Assembly: GCA_905235605.1 (NCBI GenBank)
Contig: CAJOMF010000014.1
Location: 4,662-68,661, forward strand
Direction: 5' to 3'
DNA from: an uncultured bacterium
GTDB taxonomy: Bacteria > UBP6 > UBA1177
Length of the DNA stretch: 64,000 bases
Position numbers and translations under genes: made by a program. Position 1 is the stretch's first letter; the number at the start of each line of letters is the position of its first letter. Below are positions 1 through 10,204 of the stretch, piece after piece. The notes beneath the pieces are model-generated. The model had not been told where the DNA came from, searched no databases, and was given only the letters and a program-made list of their open reading frames with translations.

Positions 1-2488
1 GCTTTTCCCAGAAGATTTTCGCCCACTGCGGTTCAACAATGCGCCACAGACGCGCATTTTTGATCTCAGGGAGGATCCTGAAATCATCTTCGGTATCATC
101 AGCCTCGAAAGAAGAAATGATCGTCTGGTAGCTTCTCTGCGCGATTTCGAAGAATCCGAGTTTTTCCATATATGCGGCGGACGAGAAAAGGAATGAATTC
201 ATCTTTTTGTCGACTATTCCGCCCAGATTGATGTAGCTGAGCAGCAGCCAGTGCCTGTTGATCGAAATGATGTCGCCCTGCGTTGCGGCAAGTTTGTCAA
301 CGATATTGCGGTAGAAATTGCGTTCCGGCTTACCGATTTTAACCATTTTTTTGAGTACGTTCATAACGGCTCTCGAAGCAAAGCGGATCGAATCGCCGTC
401 GGACACGATGTAGCCTTTTTTGATAAGCTCGTCAACGCATTCCGCGCCTGTCGTCGAAACAAGTGCGAAAAACTCTTTCGGAACTGAATAAAGGTTGAGG
501 AGCGTTATTTCCTTCAAAGTGAGCAGCAGGTCTTCGGAAAGCAGGGCAACACGCTTGTTTATCAGCTCGTCAATGTCTGCCGGGCAGACGAAATCGTCAG
601 GAAGTTTTGCAAAACGCCAGCTTCCCTTCATTTCGAAAATAAGTCCTAAATCTTTAAGATATTCAGTAAGCTGGATGGCAAAAAGCATGTTCCCGCCGGC
701 TTTTTCGCGCAGGAGTTTTTCCATATCGGCCGGGATCCTTTTCGTATCTAAAGCGGAAAAGATGGTTTCGGTAAGTTTTTCTTCGCCGAAACCTTTGAAA
801 TCATAAATATTTTCCTCTTCGGCGCTGGCAAGGACCGAAGCATCCGGATCTACCATGCAGATGACTGCCATCGGTGCGTAGTCGAAGAAAGAGCGGAGAT
901 TCGACAGGAATTTTACTGTCCTGACATTCAGTGCATTTGCGTTGTTTATTACCCAGAGAACCGGTTTGTTGCGGCTGAGGCAGTAAAGGATATATGAAAT
1001 AAGGTATTCCATATCGTGTTTCGGCAGCTTTGTCCTGAGCGGCACGAAATTGAGGCATATCAGTGCTGTGAGACACTCTTTTTTTCCGTCAGGAAGAGCG
1101 TCTCCGAAGAGAGAATCAAATCTTTCCGCAACAGCTTTAGAATCGGTACAGTCTTCGATTTTCATCAGTTTTTTGATGAGGTTGATGAAAATCATGAAGT
1201 CGAAATCAAAAATGTTGGCGTCGCTTGCAACGACTCTGAAAGTCTGGTTTTCCGAATTTTCCGTCTTTTCTGAAAAAGCGTTTACGCTGTTGAAAAAACG
1301 GCTTTTGCCTATGCCTGACTGTCCGCGCAGAAAAAATGTCCCGCCTTTGCATATTCTGAAATTCTGCTCGATTTTCCGCAGCATCGGGATGCACGACTCT
1401 TCAAATTCCGGTGTTACAGTGTCTCTGATAAGTTCATCAAAGGAAACATCATAAGTTTCGTTTACCTGACGCGGTTTAAGTTTGTATGCATCGGCGTTTT
1501 TTACCCACATTATTCCTGAAGCTGAGGCGGCGGACTGTCCCGTTTTCGTTTGTTCCGGCTGTGACAGCTCCTTCTTTGTTTCTTCAGGCTCTTCGGCAAA
1601 AAGTTCGTGCCCGATTTCTTCGTCGGGGTTCTGATTAGCTGAAGATGCCTGAGGTTCGATTTCAAGCATAAGCTCTTCAGGCTCTTCCGGCAGAACAGAG
1701 CGCTGTTCAGATCCGGCAGGCTGTTTTTTTACCGGCTCGAACAAATCGTCAGACTCGGTTTTTTCGTGTTTGTCCGGTGCCGCAGCTTCCTTTTCAACCT
1801 TTATGGTCAGGGTTGTGAGCTCTTCAAAAAGTGCGTCGAAACTGTCCGGAGCCTTTTTCGGTTTTTCGGTCTTTTTGGGTTCTTTAATCACTTCTTTAGG
1901 AGAATCCCATTTTGTGATGAAATCCGTAGCGCCTTTCTCGCTTTCGATCGATTCGAGCGTTGTTCTCCGGCGCTGTGCTCTTGATTCTCCGCCTTTTTTG
2001 CGCTGCTCGGCAACCTGCTTTTCAAAGTCGAGTTCAGGTCCGTCCTGATTTTTTTGGACGGGTTCGTCATCCATTTTTATTTCGATAGTGACGCGCGGTT
2101 TTCTTTCGGGTTCGGTTTGTATTTTGAGCGTTTTTTCTCCGGGATCTTCTTCAGGAGCAGCTTCGATACCGAGGTCTATTTCGAGAAAATCTTCTTTTTC
2201 CTTTTTTGCACGGTTGTCTTCAATATTGGTGGTGCCGCGCGGTATATCGTCGTCAAATTCGATTTTTATTCCGTCATCTTCGGCCTGTTTCGGAGCAGCA
2301 GGAGCCTCGCTTTCAGCCTTTCGGTCGGGAAGATCTTCGAGTTTGCCGCCGCATGACATGCAGAATTTCGCGTTTTTGTCGTATTTTATCCCGCAGACGG
2401 GGCATAGTCGCGCCAGTTCTTTTCCGCAGCCGTGACAAAAACCGGCGTCCTTGTTTTCATCAGTGCATGAACAGTAAAAACATTTCAT
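1..2488 (-). CDS. Zinc-ribbon + P-loop (AAA/STAND-like) ATPase domain protein, partial (C-terminus beyond window start)
   Basis: Minus-strand frame open from ATG at 2488 to position 1. N-terminus MKCFYCSCTD...CHGCGKEL...CPVCG...CMSCGG gives four CxxC pairs, a double zinc ribbon. Walker A is GQSGIGKS. Low-complexity acidic linker. Absent from the ORF track because no stop falls inside the window. Confidence 0.6.
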   Translation of the reverse strand, partial: MKCFYCSCTDENKDAGFCHGCGKELARLCPVCGIKYDKNAKFCMSCGGKLEDLPDRKAESEAPAAPKQAEDDGIKIEFDDDIPRGTTNIEDNRAKKEKEDFLEIDLGIEAAPEEDPGEKTLKIQTEPERKPRVTIEIKMDDEPVQKNQDGPELDFEKQVAEQRKKGGESRAQRRRTTLESIESEKGATDFITKWDSPKEVIKEPKKTEKPKKAPDSFDALFEELTTLTIKVEKEAAAPDKHEKTESDDLFEPVKKQPAGSEQRSVLPEEPEELMLEIEPQASSANQNPDEEIGHELFAEEPEETKKELSQPEQTKTGQSAASASGIMWVKNADAYKLKPRQVNETYDVSFDELIRDTVTPEFEESCIPMLRKIEQNFRICKGGTFFLRGQSGIGKSRFFNSVNAFSEKTENSENQTFRVVASDANIFDFDFMIFINLIKKLMKIEDCTDSKAVAERFDSLFGDALPDGKKECLTALICLNFVPLRTKLPKHDMEYLISYILYCLSRNKPVLWVINNANALNVRTVKFLSNLRSFFDYAPMAVICMVDPDASVLASAEEENIYDFKGFGEEKLTETIFSALDTKRIPADMEKLLREKAGGNMLFAIQLTEYLKDLGLIFEMKGSWRFAKLPDDFVCPADIDELINKRVALLSEDLLLTLKEITLLNLYSVPKEFFALVSTTGAECVDELIKKGYIVSDGDSIRFASRAVMNVLKKMVKIGKPERNFYRNIVDKLAATQGDIISINRHWLLLSYINLGGIVDKKMNSFLFSSAAYMEKLGFFEIAQRSYQTIISSFEADDTEDDFRILPEIKNARLWRIVEPQWAKIFWEK

Positions 2489-2513
2489 TTGGCACCCATT
2501 TTTTATATATTAT

Positions 2514-3483
2514 TCACCACTCTTTCAAGACCGAATCTTCACCGCTGAGAGTATATATTTTTACGCGGAATTTTTCCATAATTTTTTTAACGGTTTCTTT
2601 TTCGTGCAGAGCGACCGAAACGGCAGTTGCTGCGGCATCAGTCAAAGTCGCGTTTTCCCCGATTACGGTTACCGATCTCGCGTCTTTGACCGGTTTTCCC
2701 GTTTTAGGATCCATTATATGCGAAAAAGTCTGGCCCTCTATCACGAAAAAACGTTCGTAGTCGCCGCTTGTCGCAACTCCTTTGCAACCCGAAGTGCCGA
2801 GTTCCAGTTTTTTCAGTATTTCCGATGGTTTGTCAGGATTTTTTATTCCTATTGACCACGGTTTTCCTCCTTTGTTTCCGCAGAAAAGCATGTCTCCGCC
2901 GTAGTTCACGATGAAATTTTCAACGCCGTGTTTTTTCATTATTTCGGCGGCTCTGTCGATCGCATAGCCTTTGGCAACTCCGCCCAGATCGATTTTTACA
3001 CCCTTGCTGGCGAATTTTATTCTGTTTTCTGAGCAGTTGACCGAAAGTTTGTCTCTGCCTACAAAACGCTGTTTTTCTTCAATTTTTTTATCATCGGGGA
3101 TCTTGTTTCCGTTGTTTTCCCAGAGCTCGCCCGTGCTTTTGTAGGTGATGTCGAAAACTCCGCCGCTCATTTCGCCGAACTCAATACTTTTTTCAATGAG
3201 TCTGCAGACATGCCCGGGCACTTCAATCTCTTTTTCGTGCGCTTCGCGGTTGAGGAGTGAAACAAAACTTGAATCTTTATAATAACTTAACTCGTCTTCA
3301 ACGGTTTTTGCATCGTTTTTCACTGCATTTTCGAGAGCTTCGTTTTTTTCACCGGTGTAAATTATGCTGAGAACAGTTCCCATCCCTGAAAAAGTCAAAC
3401 TTTGGATTTCGGTCTGTTTTGTGCAGCCGCAGAAAAAGCCCGGCAGAAAAAGAAGAAAAAAGATTTTCGCCAAGCGTCTCATG
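2514..3483 (-). CDS. apbE: FAD:protein FMN transferase (ApbE family) lipoprotein
   Basis: Lipobox FFCGC after signal peptide. DLGGVAKGYAID motif typical of ApbE/Ftp. Start placed at MRRLAK (ATG at 3483) so it does not overlap the bamA stop. Confidence 0.75.
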
Positions 3484-3492
3484 CGTGCTCCG

Positions 3493-5826
3493 TCAGAATG
3501 AGTTTTTAATATTGAATTCAAACTGGAATTTAGGATCTCCCGGTCTACGGGTGAGCGGGAATCCCCATTCGAACGAAAGCGGAGCCATCGGTGTTACCCA
3601 GCGCAGACCGAATCCGGCGCTCCACAAAACGCCGAGCGGAAGGTCGTAGATGTCCTTGTCTTTCGAATTGATGTAGAAAAGATGCTCGTCTTTTGCCCAC
3701 GAGTTGCCGAGATCAACAAAACCGACGATGCTGATTCTCATCGATTTGACGACCGGAATTTCAAGCTCGTTGTTCATTATGAACTGCTTGTCGCCGCCGA
3801 TGATGTAGGGATAAGTCGAACTCGTCGGGTCTTTTCCGTCTGACGGGATGTTGTAGTCGGTGTCGCTGCGGTCGTGGTTGGGACCGATCGAATAGAACGG
3901 ATATCCTCGGACGCTGTACATTCCGCCGAGTTTGAATCTTTCGGCATAAGGCAGCGGCTTGTTCTGAAGGTGGATATTGTAACCGAGTTCGATATTTGTC
4001 CTGAAAACGACGCCAAGGAAAAGTTCCTGATACCATCTGAAGTTGAAGTCGAGGTTTAAAATATCCTCGTCACTTCCCATCCAGCGCGGGAAGTATTCGG
4101 CTCCGCCGATCACATAGATTCCTTTCGTCGCGTACATTCTGTCGTTTCTCATGTCGAGAGCGAGCCGCGCCGTGAGACCTGACGAGAAAATATCTCTGTA
4201 AAGATAGTTCATCTGGTGCTCTGTTGCGCCGTTGATATCAATTTTTTTCAGTTTGTAACCGACGTAAGCGCGCAGATACTTCGCGATCGGTATACCGAAC
4301 GTAACGCTGAAACCGAAGCTGTTCTGACTGTAGTCGGCGTAGTATTCGTAAATGTCCGAATCGTAGTTCAAATATCTGTAGTAAAACGAAAGATTGAATG
4401 AAACATTTGAATCGACGAACCACGGCTCATAGAAACTGAGACTTATTTCACGCCTCATTCTGCTGAGCTGGCCTGCGAGGCTGAGGCTCTGACCGTAGCC
4501 CAGGAAGTTGTTCTGCTCGACTTTTGCGTTGAAAAGGAAGCTCTCGAACGACGAGAAACCTGCGCCGACATTGAAAGTTCCGCTTTTGCGCTCTTTGACC
4601 GTGACGACCATCCTCGCCATGTTCGGAGAGGAACCTTTGACGACTTCGATCTTGACTTCATCGTAGAATCCGGTCCTTTTCAGGTTGAACTCGCTCTCTT
4701 TCTGCTGTGAATAGTTGAAAAGGTCGCCCTCGGAAATCTCCATTTCGCGGCGCATGACTTTGTCGCGCGTCCTGTCGTTGCCGGCAAAGGAAACCTCTTC
4801 AATAAAGCATTTCTCCCCTTTTCTGACGATAAAATTCATGTCTACAGTCTGTTTTTTGTCGTCAAGATGTCTGCCGGGAAGTATTTCAACAAAAGGATAG
4901 CCTTCGTTGCCGTAGATTTTCTTGAGATTTTCAAAATCACGTATTGTTTTTGAGTGCTGATACCACTCTCCCGGCTTTTGCGTGAACTTCATGTCAGGCA
5001 GTTTGCCGCTGTCGAGAGGATCGCCTTCGACCTCGTATTTGCCGACTTTGTAGCGTTTTCCTTCTTCAACGATGTATGAAATGTAGATGTCGCGCTTGTC
5101 TTTTGAAATCATGACAGTCGGTTTGGAAACTTTGACATCGACGAAACCGTTTTCGTTGTAAAGATAGGTTATCGCACCCATGCTCTCTTCGAGCGCGCTT
5201 TTCTTGTAGCCGCCGTCGCTGAAAATCGAGAAAAGCCCGTCCTCCTGAACGGACATGTACTTTTTGAGCTCGGCTTCTTCAAGGTATTTGTTTCCGACGA
5301 TCGTCACTTTTTTGACCCGGCTTTTTTTGCCTTCCGAAATCTTGAAGTCGATGTTGACCTCCTGCTTCTCCTTGTTTATCGCGACATCGGCATCAACTGT
5401 AGCCGAAAGGTATCCTTTGTCGTGGTAAAGACCTAGGATCGCTGAGGTATTTTTGGAAATTTTGTTCATGTCGAGAAGTTCGTTTTTCTTGACAGTGAGG
5501 ACTTCCTTGATGTCGTCGTTGTCGATTTTCTTGTTACCCGAGAATTTGACCGAGCGGATTATCGGAAACTCGACTACTTTGAATTTAAGAAGATTTTTCG
5601 CGTCATCGTAGTAGATCGAAACATCTTCAAAGATCTCGATCGCTATGATTTTTTCAAGGATCTCGTTGATTTCTTTCTCGCTGTAGTCGCGCTTTTCCTT
5701 GAAATACTGCGTCAGGATCGACTGCTCGGTCCTGATCGTCCCTTCGACTGCCACGTCATCGACCTGCAGAGAAAAAAGCGGCAGAAAAAGAAGAAATACA
5801 GCGAAAAAAGCAAAAAATTTATTCAT
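3493..5826 (-). CDS. bamA: Outer membrane protein assembly factor BamA (Omp85 family)
   Basis: 777 aa with signal peptide, POTRA-like repeats and a C-terminal beta-barrel ending in an aromatic residue (…FNIKNSF). Size and architecture fit BamA. Confidence 0.8.
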   Translation of the reverse strand: MNKFFAFFAVFLLFLPLFSLQVDDVAVEGTIRTEQSILTQYFKEKRDYSEKEINEILEKIIAIEIFEDVSIYYDDAKNLLKFKVVEFPIIRSVKFSGNKKIDNDDIKEVLTVKKNELLDMNKISKNTSAILGLYHDKGYLSATVDADVAINKEKQEVNIDFKISEGKKSRVKKVTIVGNKYLEEAELKKYMSVQEDGLFSIFSDGGYKKSALEESMGAITYLYNENGFVDVKVSKPTVMISKDKRDIYISYIVEEGKRYKVGKYEVEGDPLDSGKLPDMKFTQKPGEWYQHSKTIRDFENLKKIYGNEGYPFVEILPGRHLDDKKQTVDMNFIVRKGEKCFIEEVSFAGNDRTRDKVMRREMEISEGDLFNYSQQKESEFNLKRTGFYDEVKIEVVKGSSPNMARMVVTVKERKSGTFNVGAGFSSFESFLFNAKVEQNNFLGYGQSLSLAGQLSRMRREISLSFYEPWFVDSNVSFNLSFYYRYLNYDSDIYEYYADYSQNSFGFSVTFGIPIAKYLRAYVGYKLKKIDINGATEHQMNYLYRDIFSSGLTARLALDMRNDRMYATKGIYVIGGAEYFPRWMGSDEDILNLDFNFRWYQELFLGVVFRTNIELGYNIHLQNKPLPYAERFKLGGMYSVRGYPFYSIGPNHDRSDTDYNIPSDGKDPTSSTYPYIIGGDKQFIMNNELEIPVVKSMRISIVGFVDLGNSWAKDEHLFYINSKDKDIYDLPLGVLWSAGFGLRWVTPMAPLSFEWGFPLTRRPGDPKFQFEFNIKNSF

Positions 5827-6536
5827 ATACTGCGGATAACTCCTTCATTTATTTCAATAACTCTTCCCATTTCCGCAGCAAAATCCTGATTGTGCGTCAC
5901 GAAAAGAGTCGTCAAATTTCTTTCCTCAGCAATGGAAAGAATGAGTGCTATTATCATTTTTCCCGTCTCGTTGTCCAGATTTCCGGTAGGTTCGTCCATC
6001 AGAAGAAGCGAGGGCTCCGTGACAAGCGCCCTTGCAATGGCGACACGCTGCTGTTCTCCGCCTGAAAGTTCCGCCGGTTTGTGGTTCAAACGGTGCGTCA
6101 GAGCGACTCTTTCAAGCATTTTTTCCGCCTTTTCGAGAGCCGTTTTTTTCGACTGAGTGAGCATGAGCGGGATCGCGACGTTTTCAAGCGCCGTAAACTC
6201 GGGCAGGAGGTGATGGAACTGGAAAACTATGCCGATCTCGCGGTTTCTGAAAGCGCTCAGCTTCGAATCGGAAAATTTCGAGGGCTCTTCGCCTTTCAGC
6301 AGGATTTTTCCGCTGTCAGGTTTTTCCAAAGTCGCCATGATGTTGAGCAGAGTCGATTTTCCCGAGCCGCTTTTTCCGGTAAGAGAAAGTCTCTCGCCCT
6401 CTTTCATTTCCAGATCCACGCCGCGCAGAACGTCGATTCTGTGTCCTTCGACAAAGTACGATTTTTTTATGTTTTCCAAAGCAAGAATTGCATTGTCTGC
6501 AGGCGAGCCGCCCGCGCTCCGAAAAATTTCACTCAT
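5823..6536 (-). CDS. lolD: ABC transporter ATP-binding protein, LolD-like
   Basis: Walker A GKSGSGKST. ABC signature LSGGEQQRVAIARAL. Walker B LLLMDEPTGNLD. 4-nt ATGA overlap with bamA. Confidence 0.75.
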   Translation of the reverse strand: MSEIFRSAGGSPADNAILALENIKKSYFVEGHRIDVLRGVDLEMKEGERLSLTGKSGSGKSTLLNIMATLEKPDSGKILLKGEEPSKFSDSKLSAFRNREIGIVFQFHHLLPEFTALENVAIPLMLTQSKKTALEKAEKMLERVALTHRLNHKPAELSGGEQQRVAIARALVTEPSLLLMDEPTGNLDNETGKMIIALILSIAEERNLTTLFVTHNQDFAAEMGRVIEINEGVIRSI

Positions 6537-7827
6537 GTCTAAGCCCCTCTACCGGAGTGATTCCGGAAGCCTTGATACTCGGATAGAGCGTTGCCGCGAC
6601 CGAGATCAGAAGCGTTGAAAATATAACGACCGCAAATGTTCCGACCGACATCTGCACCGGCAGAGTCGAAAAAAAGTAAACCTCTTTGCTTATCTGAAAT
6701 TCGACATTTTTCAGCAGAAAACAGATCAGAACGGCGAAAACAGAACCGAGAAAAGTTCCCATAAGACCGATTATAAAGCCGTCGAACATGAAAATCCCGC
6801 GTATTACCCGTTTTTTCGCACCCAGCGAACGCAGGATCGAAACTTCCCGTGTTTTGTCGATAACCAGCATGATCAGCGTCGTAATTATTCCGAAAGACGC
6901 GACCACAGCGATAAAAACGAGGATTATGAACATTATCAGTTTCTGTAGATGGAAAAATTTTAAAGTCGTTTTGTGGAGGTCTCTCCAGTCCTGGACTGCA
7001 AAAGGAAAACCGCCGACGCGGTCTGTTATAAGCCCTTTGAATTCAAGTATTTTCCCTGGATCATCGACTTTTGTCGAAACAAAACTGACATTGTGCCCGA
7101 TGTCAAGCAGTTTCTGTGTCTCTTCAAGCCCGGCGTAGAGATAACGCGAGTCGTAGTCGTACATTCCCGATTCGAATATGCCCGCAACGACAAGATTTCC
7201 GCTTACCGGAACAGCGTCTTCACCGATGATTTTTCTGTTGCCGGAAGTTACGAGCGAAACGATGTCTCCCGGGGAAACCTGAAGTTTTGCGGCAAGATCA
7301 ACACCTAAAATTGCAGGAAAAAGCCGGGGTTTTTCACCGAGAAACTCATCCATTTCGCTCATTTCGAAAAGATTTTTCGCGACATATCCGCACTTTTCCC
7401 CTTTTGCCAGACACTCGTAGTTTCCCTTGACCACAAGTTCAGACAAATCTGAAATTTTTTTGTAGCCTTCGGGATCTATACCGTTCAAAAATGCGGTAGC
7501 GAGCCCTTTTTCCGACATCAGAAGCACTTCTCTGAAAACGACAGGAGTCGCTCCGAGAACGCCCGGTATTGACTCTGTCTGCTTCTCCACTTCGGTGTAA
7601 GTGTCGAAATTGCCGACCAGTCTGTAAATGTTGGCGTGAGTCGTTGATTTGAGAACGATTTCCTCGGTTTTCGCGATAAGACCGTCCATGACAGAAAGGA
7701 CGATTATCAAAGTTGCGACGCCGAGCGAAAGACCCAGGACCGAAATAAGCGAAATCAGGGAAAGAGTATGTTTTCTGTGACTTTGAGTGAAATATCTTAA
7801 AGCGATAAACCTTACAAATTCACTCAT
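6529..7827 (-). CDS. lolE: Lipoprotein-releasing system permease, LolC/E (FtsX-like) family
   Basis: 432 aa. N-terminal TM, large periplasmic loop, C-terminal FtsX-type 3-TM bundle. Overlaps lolD by 8 nt. Confidence 0.7.
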   Translation of the reverse strand: MSEFVRFIALRYFTQSHRKHTLSLISLISVLGLSLGVATLIIVLSVMDGLIAKTEEIVLKSTTHANIYRLVGNFDTYTEVEKQTESIPGVLGATPVVFREVLLMSEKGLATAFLNGIDPEGYKKISDLSELVVKGNYECLAKGEKCGYVAKNLFEMSEMDEFLGEKPRLFPAILGVDLAAKLQVSPGDIVSLVTSGNRKIIGEDAVPVSGNLVVAGIFESGMYDYDSRYLYAGLEETQKLLDIGHNVSFVSTKVDDPGKILEFKGLITDRVGGFPFAVQDWRDLHKTTLKFFHLQKLIMFIILVFIAVVASFGIITTLIMLVIDKTREVSILRSLGAKKRVIRGIFMFDGFIIGLMGTFLGSVFAVLICFLLKNVEFQISKEVYFFSTLPVQMSVGTFAVVIFSTLLISVAATLYPSIKASGITPVEGLRHE

Positions 7828-7861
7828 TCAGGTCTCTTAAACGGGAAAAACAGATGCGGAA

Positions 7862-8695
7862 CTATTTGGATTCTTCAGCCGGTTTTGCTTCTTCTTTTGC
7901 AGGCTGGGCTGCAGCAGGTTCCGGCTCTTCGGAAGTTTCGATTTCGACTTTTATCTCGTCTTCCGGTTTTTCCTGAACGTTTTCGTCAGGTTTTGCTTCC
8001 ATAGCTTCGTCAACAGGAGCCATGCTCTTGAAGCCGTCGTCGCCCGGCATCTTGGAAACATCGGGTTTGCCGTCTCTGTCGGTATCCTTTTCGATTTTTT
8101 CGATAACGCCGTTTCTGTAGTATTCCCAGTAATCGATCTTGCCGTCGCCGTTCTGGTCGAATTCTATTGCGATGAGCTGGCCTGTTTCATCATAATTTTT
8201 GATAATGTCGGCTTTTTCGTCAAACTGGAAATCGAATTCGCTTCTTACTACAAGACCGCCGATGAAGTAGTCTATCCGGTCAACTTTATTGTCAAAATCG
8301 AGATCGAGTTCTTCCTTGACGACAGCGCCTGTCTCTTCGTTGAAATAGCGCCAGACGTCGATTTTGGAATCGTGGTTGAGATCCATCATTTTGACAGAAA
8401 TCAACAGGTCGTTCCCGCCTTTTTCATTCGGAACTTTCTTGAAAACATTAATGATATCAGGCTTTTTGTCTTTGTTGACATCGTATTGTTTCAACTCATA
8501 GACATTGCCGTCAAACCTGATCTCGTCACCTTTTGAAGTGAGTTTATAACGTCCCTCCATTTCTTTTGCTGCAGCGGACGTTCTTACAGAAGAAGCGGAA
8601 GGCTGCCCGTCTTTTACGGAAGGTTCAGACGCACATGAACAAAAAATAGCCGAAAAAACCAAAAAAATCACCAACTTAATCATTTCAAACCTCAA
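7862..8695 (-). CDS. Secreted lipoprotein with four EF-hand-like Ca-binding loops and acidic C-terminal tail
   Basis: Signal peptide + Cys lipobox (FCSCAS). Repeated DxDxDGKID / DxNxDxKID loops: DLNHDSKIDVW, DFDNKVDRIDYF, DQNGDGKIDYWEY, DTDRDGKPD. Confidence 0.5.
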   Translation of the reverse strand: MRFEMIKLVIFLVFSAIFCSCASEPSVKDGQPSASSVRTSAAAKEMEGRYKLTSKGDEIRFDGNVYELKQYDVNKDKKPDIINVFKKVPNEKGGNDLLISVKMMDLNHDSKIDVWRYFNEETGAVVKEELDLDFDNKVDRIDYFIGGLVVRSEFDFQFDEKADIIKNYDETGQLIAIEFDQNGDGKIDYWEYYRNGVIEKIEKDTDRDGKPDVSKMPGDDGFKSMAPVDEAMEAKPDENVQEKPEDEIKVEIETSEEPEPAAAQPAKEEAKPAEESK

Positions 8696-8953
8696 ATATA
8701 TAACAAAGTTGCGCGCGATATTACATTAAAAAGGGAAAAAAGCAATTTTTTGAGGAATTAACACTTGTAAGGAAAAGGTTTTGTCCGGTTTTTACCATAA
8801 AGCCTCATTTTGTTGTCCACTTAGGGGTAGTGCACTATAGATTTTTCATTCTTTTAAAATTTGGAAATAAAATCCATTCAAAACCAGATCTTTATTGAAT
8901 TTTCTTTCAATTTTATTAAAATACCGCCCGAAATCTGTTTGAGGGGGTGAACC

Positions 8954-10204
8954 ATGAAATTTCTGTCAATGAGTGTTACAGACAAAGGTTTGATAAGAAA
9001 AAACAATGAAGATCACTTTCTTGAACTGCCTGAACTCGGACTTTTCGCGATCGCGGACGGCATGGGCGGCGAGCTTTGCGGGGAAATAGCTTCCGAAACA
9101 GCAGTAAACGCTCTCAGTGATTTTGTTACAGAAAACAGGGCTGTTATCGATGCTTTTCAGATGAACTCGAGCGCGGAGAACAAAACCCAGGTGCTTGATA
9201 TGCTTGCCGACGCTCTGCGCAACGCCAACGCAAAAGTTTTCAAGGAGGCCGGCAAGCGCGATATCGACGGCAAAATGGGAACGACTCTCACCGCTCTTCT
9301 CGTGATCGACAATACCGGTTTTATGGTTCACGCAGGCGATTCAAGGCTCTATATGATAAGGCACAGTGAAGTTACCCAACTTTCGACCGACCACACGCTG
9401 ATAAACGACTACAAAAAGCAGTTCGGCGACTATTTCGGCGTTTTTGACGCTAAATTCAGCGGAATTCTGACCAAAGCAGTCGGTATTCAGGAGTATGTCG
9501 AACCTGAAAAACTGACGTTCGCGATACTTCCGGAAGACAAATATCTTCTCTGCTCCGACGGGCTTTACAACGGTTTGGAGTGCGACACTCCCGGTTTCGG
9601 CGATATTTTTGACACACCTTTTGAAGATCCGCAGAAGGAGAAGGAACGGCTGAAAGAGGCAATGCGCAGCCTTACCGACGTCGTTTATAAAAACGGTGCC
9701 CCTGACAATGTTTCGATGATCCTTGTTTCAGCTTTCACCACGGACGAGGAAGAAGTAACGGGAACGCGCGAATTTATTAAGAAATTCGACAAGATACGTG
9801 CAATAGAACTTTTCAGGGATCTCGAATACCGTGAACTCCTTTCTGTCATGGCGCAGGTCGAAATCAGGACTTACAACAAATACGACGTCATTTCGAAAAT
9901 GTCGGCTTCAGACAGAGAACTTTTCATCATTCTTGACGGAAAAGTCTCCGCTTTGAAAGGAAGCAAACTGCTGAAAACCTTCCGCAGCGGCGATCACCTC
10001 GGTGACGTAGCCTTTTTAAGCGGAGAAATACCCTCATACAACCTTCTGCTTGACAAGACTTCATCGTTTCTTGTCATCAAAAAGTCAGCTTTTGACAAAA
10101 TCGTTGCCGAAGAACCGATAATAGGCGTGAAACTTCTTACCCGGCTCGCAACTGTCCTCGCAAAACAGGCTAATATCGCAGCCGACCTCATCAACGAACA
10201 ATGA
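8954..10204 (+). CDS. PP2C-family Ser/Thr phosphatase fused to a cyclic-nucleotide-binding domain
   Basis: N-terminal PP2C motifs (ADGMGGELCGEIAS; late DN motif). C-terminal cNMP-binding fold (FRSGDHLGDVAFLSGE…). RBS GAGGGGG upstream of ATG. Confidence 0.7.
   Translation: MKFLSMSVTDKGLIRKNNEDHFLELPELGLFAIADGMGGELCGEIASETAVNALSDFVTENRAVIDAFQMNSSAENKTQVLDMLADALRNANAKVFKEAGKRDIDGKMGTTLTALLVIDNTGFMVHAGDSRLYMIRHSEVTQLSTDHTLINDYKKQFGDYFGVFDAKFSGILTKAVGIQEYVEPEKLTFAILPEDKYLLCSDGLYNGLECDTPGFGDIFDTPFEDPQKEKERLKEAMRSLTDVVYKNGAPDNVSMILVSAFTTDEEEVTGTREFIKKFDKIRAIELFRDLEYRELLSVMAQVEIRTYNKYDVISKMSASDRELFIILDGKVSALKGSKLLKTFRSGDHLGDVAFLSGEIPSYNLLLDKTSSFLVIKKSAFDKIVAEEPIIGVKLLTRLATVLAKQANIAADLINEQ

Noticed and set aside
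251-2760. Numerous plus-strand ORFs (e.g. 251-487, 495-806, 1050-1454, 2206-2760) inside the region of the large minus-strand zinc-ribbon/ATPase gene
   Set aside because: They lie antisense or out of frame within a continuous 2.4-kb minus-strand frame carrying clear Zn-ribbon and Walker A motifs. They have no RBS and no motifs, so they are spurious.
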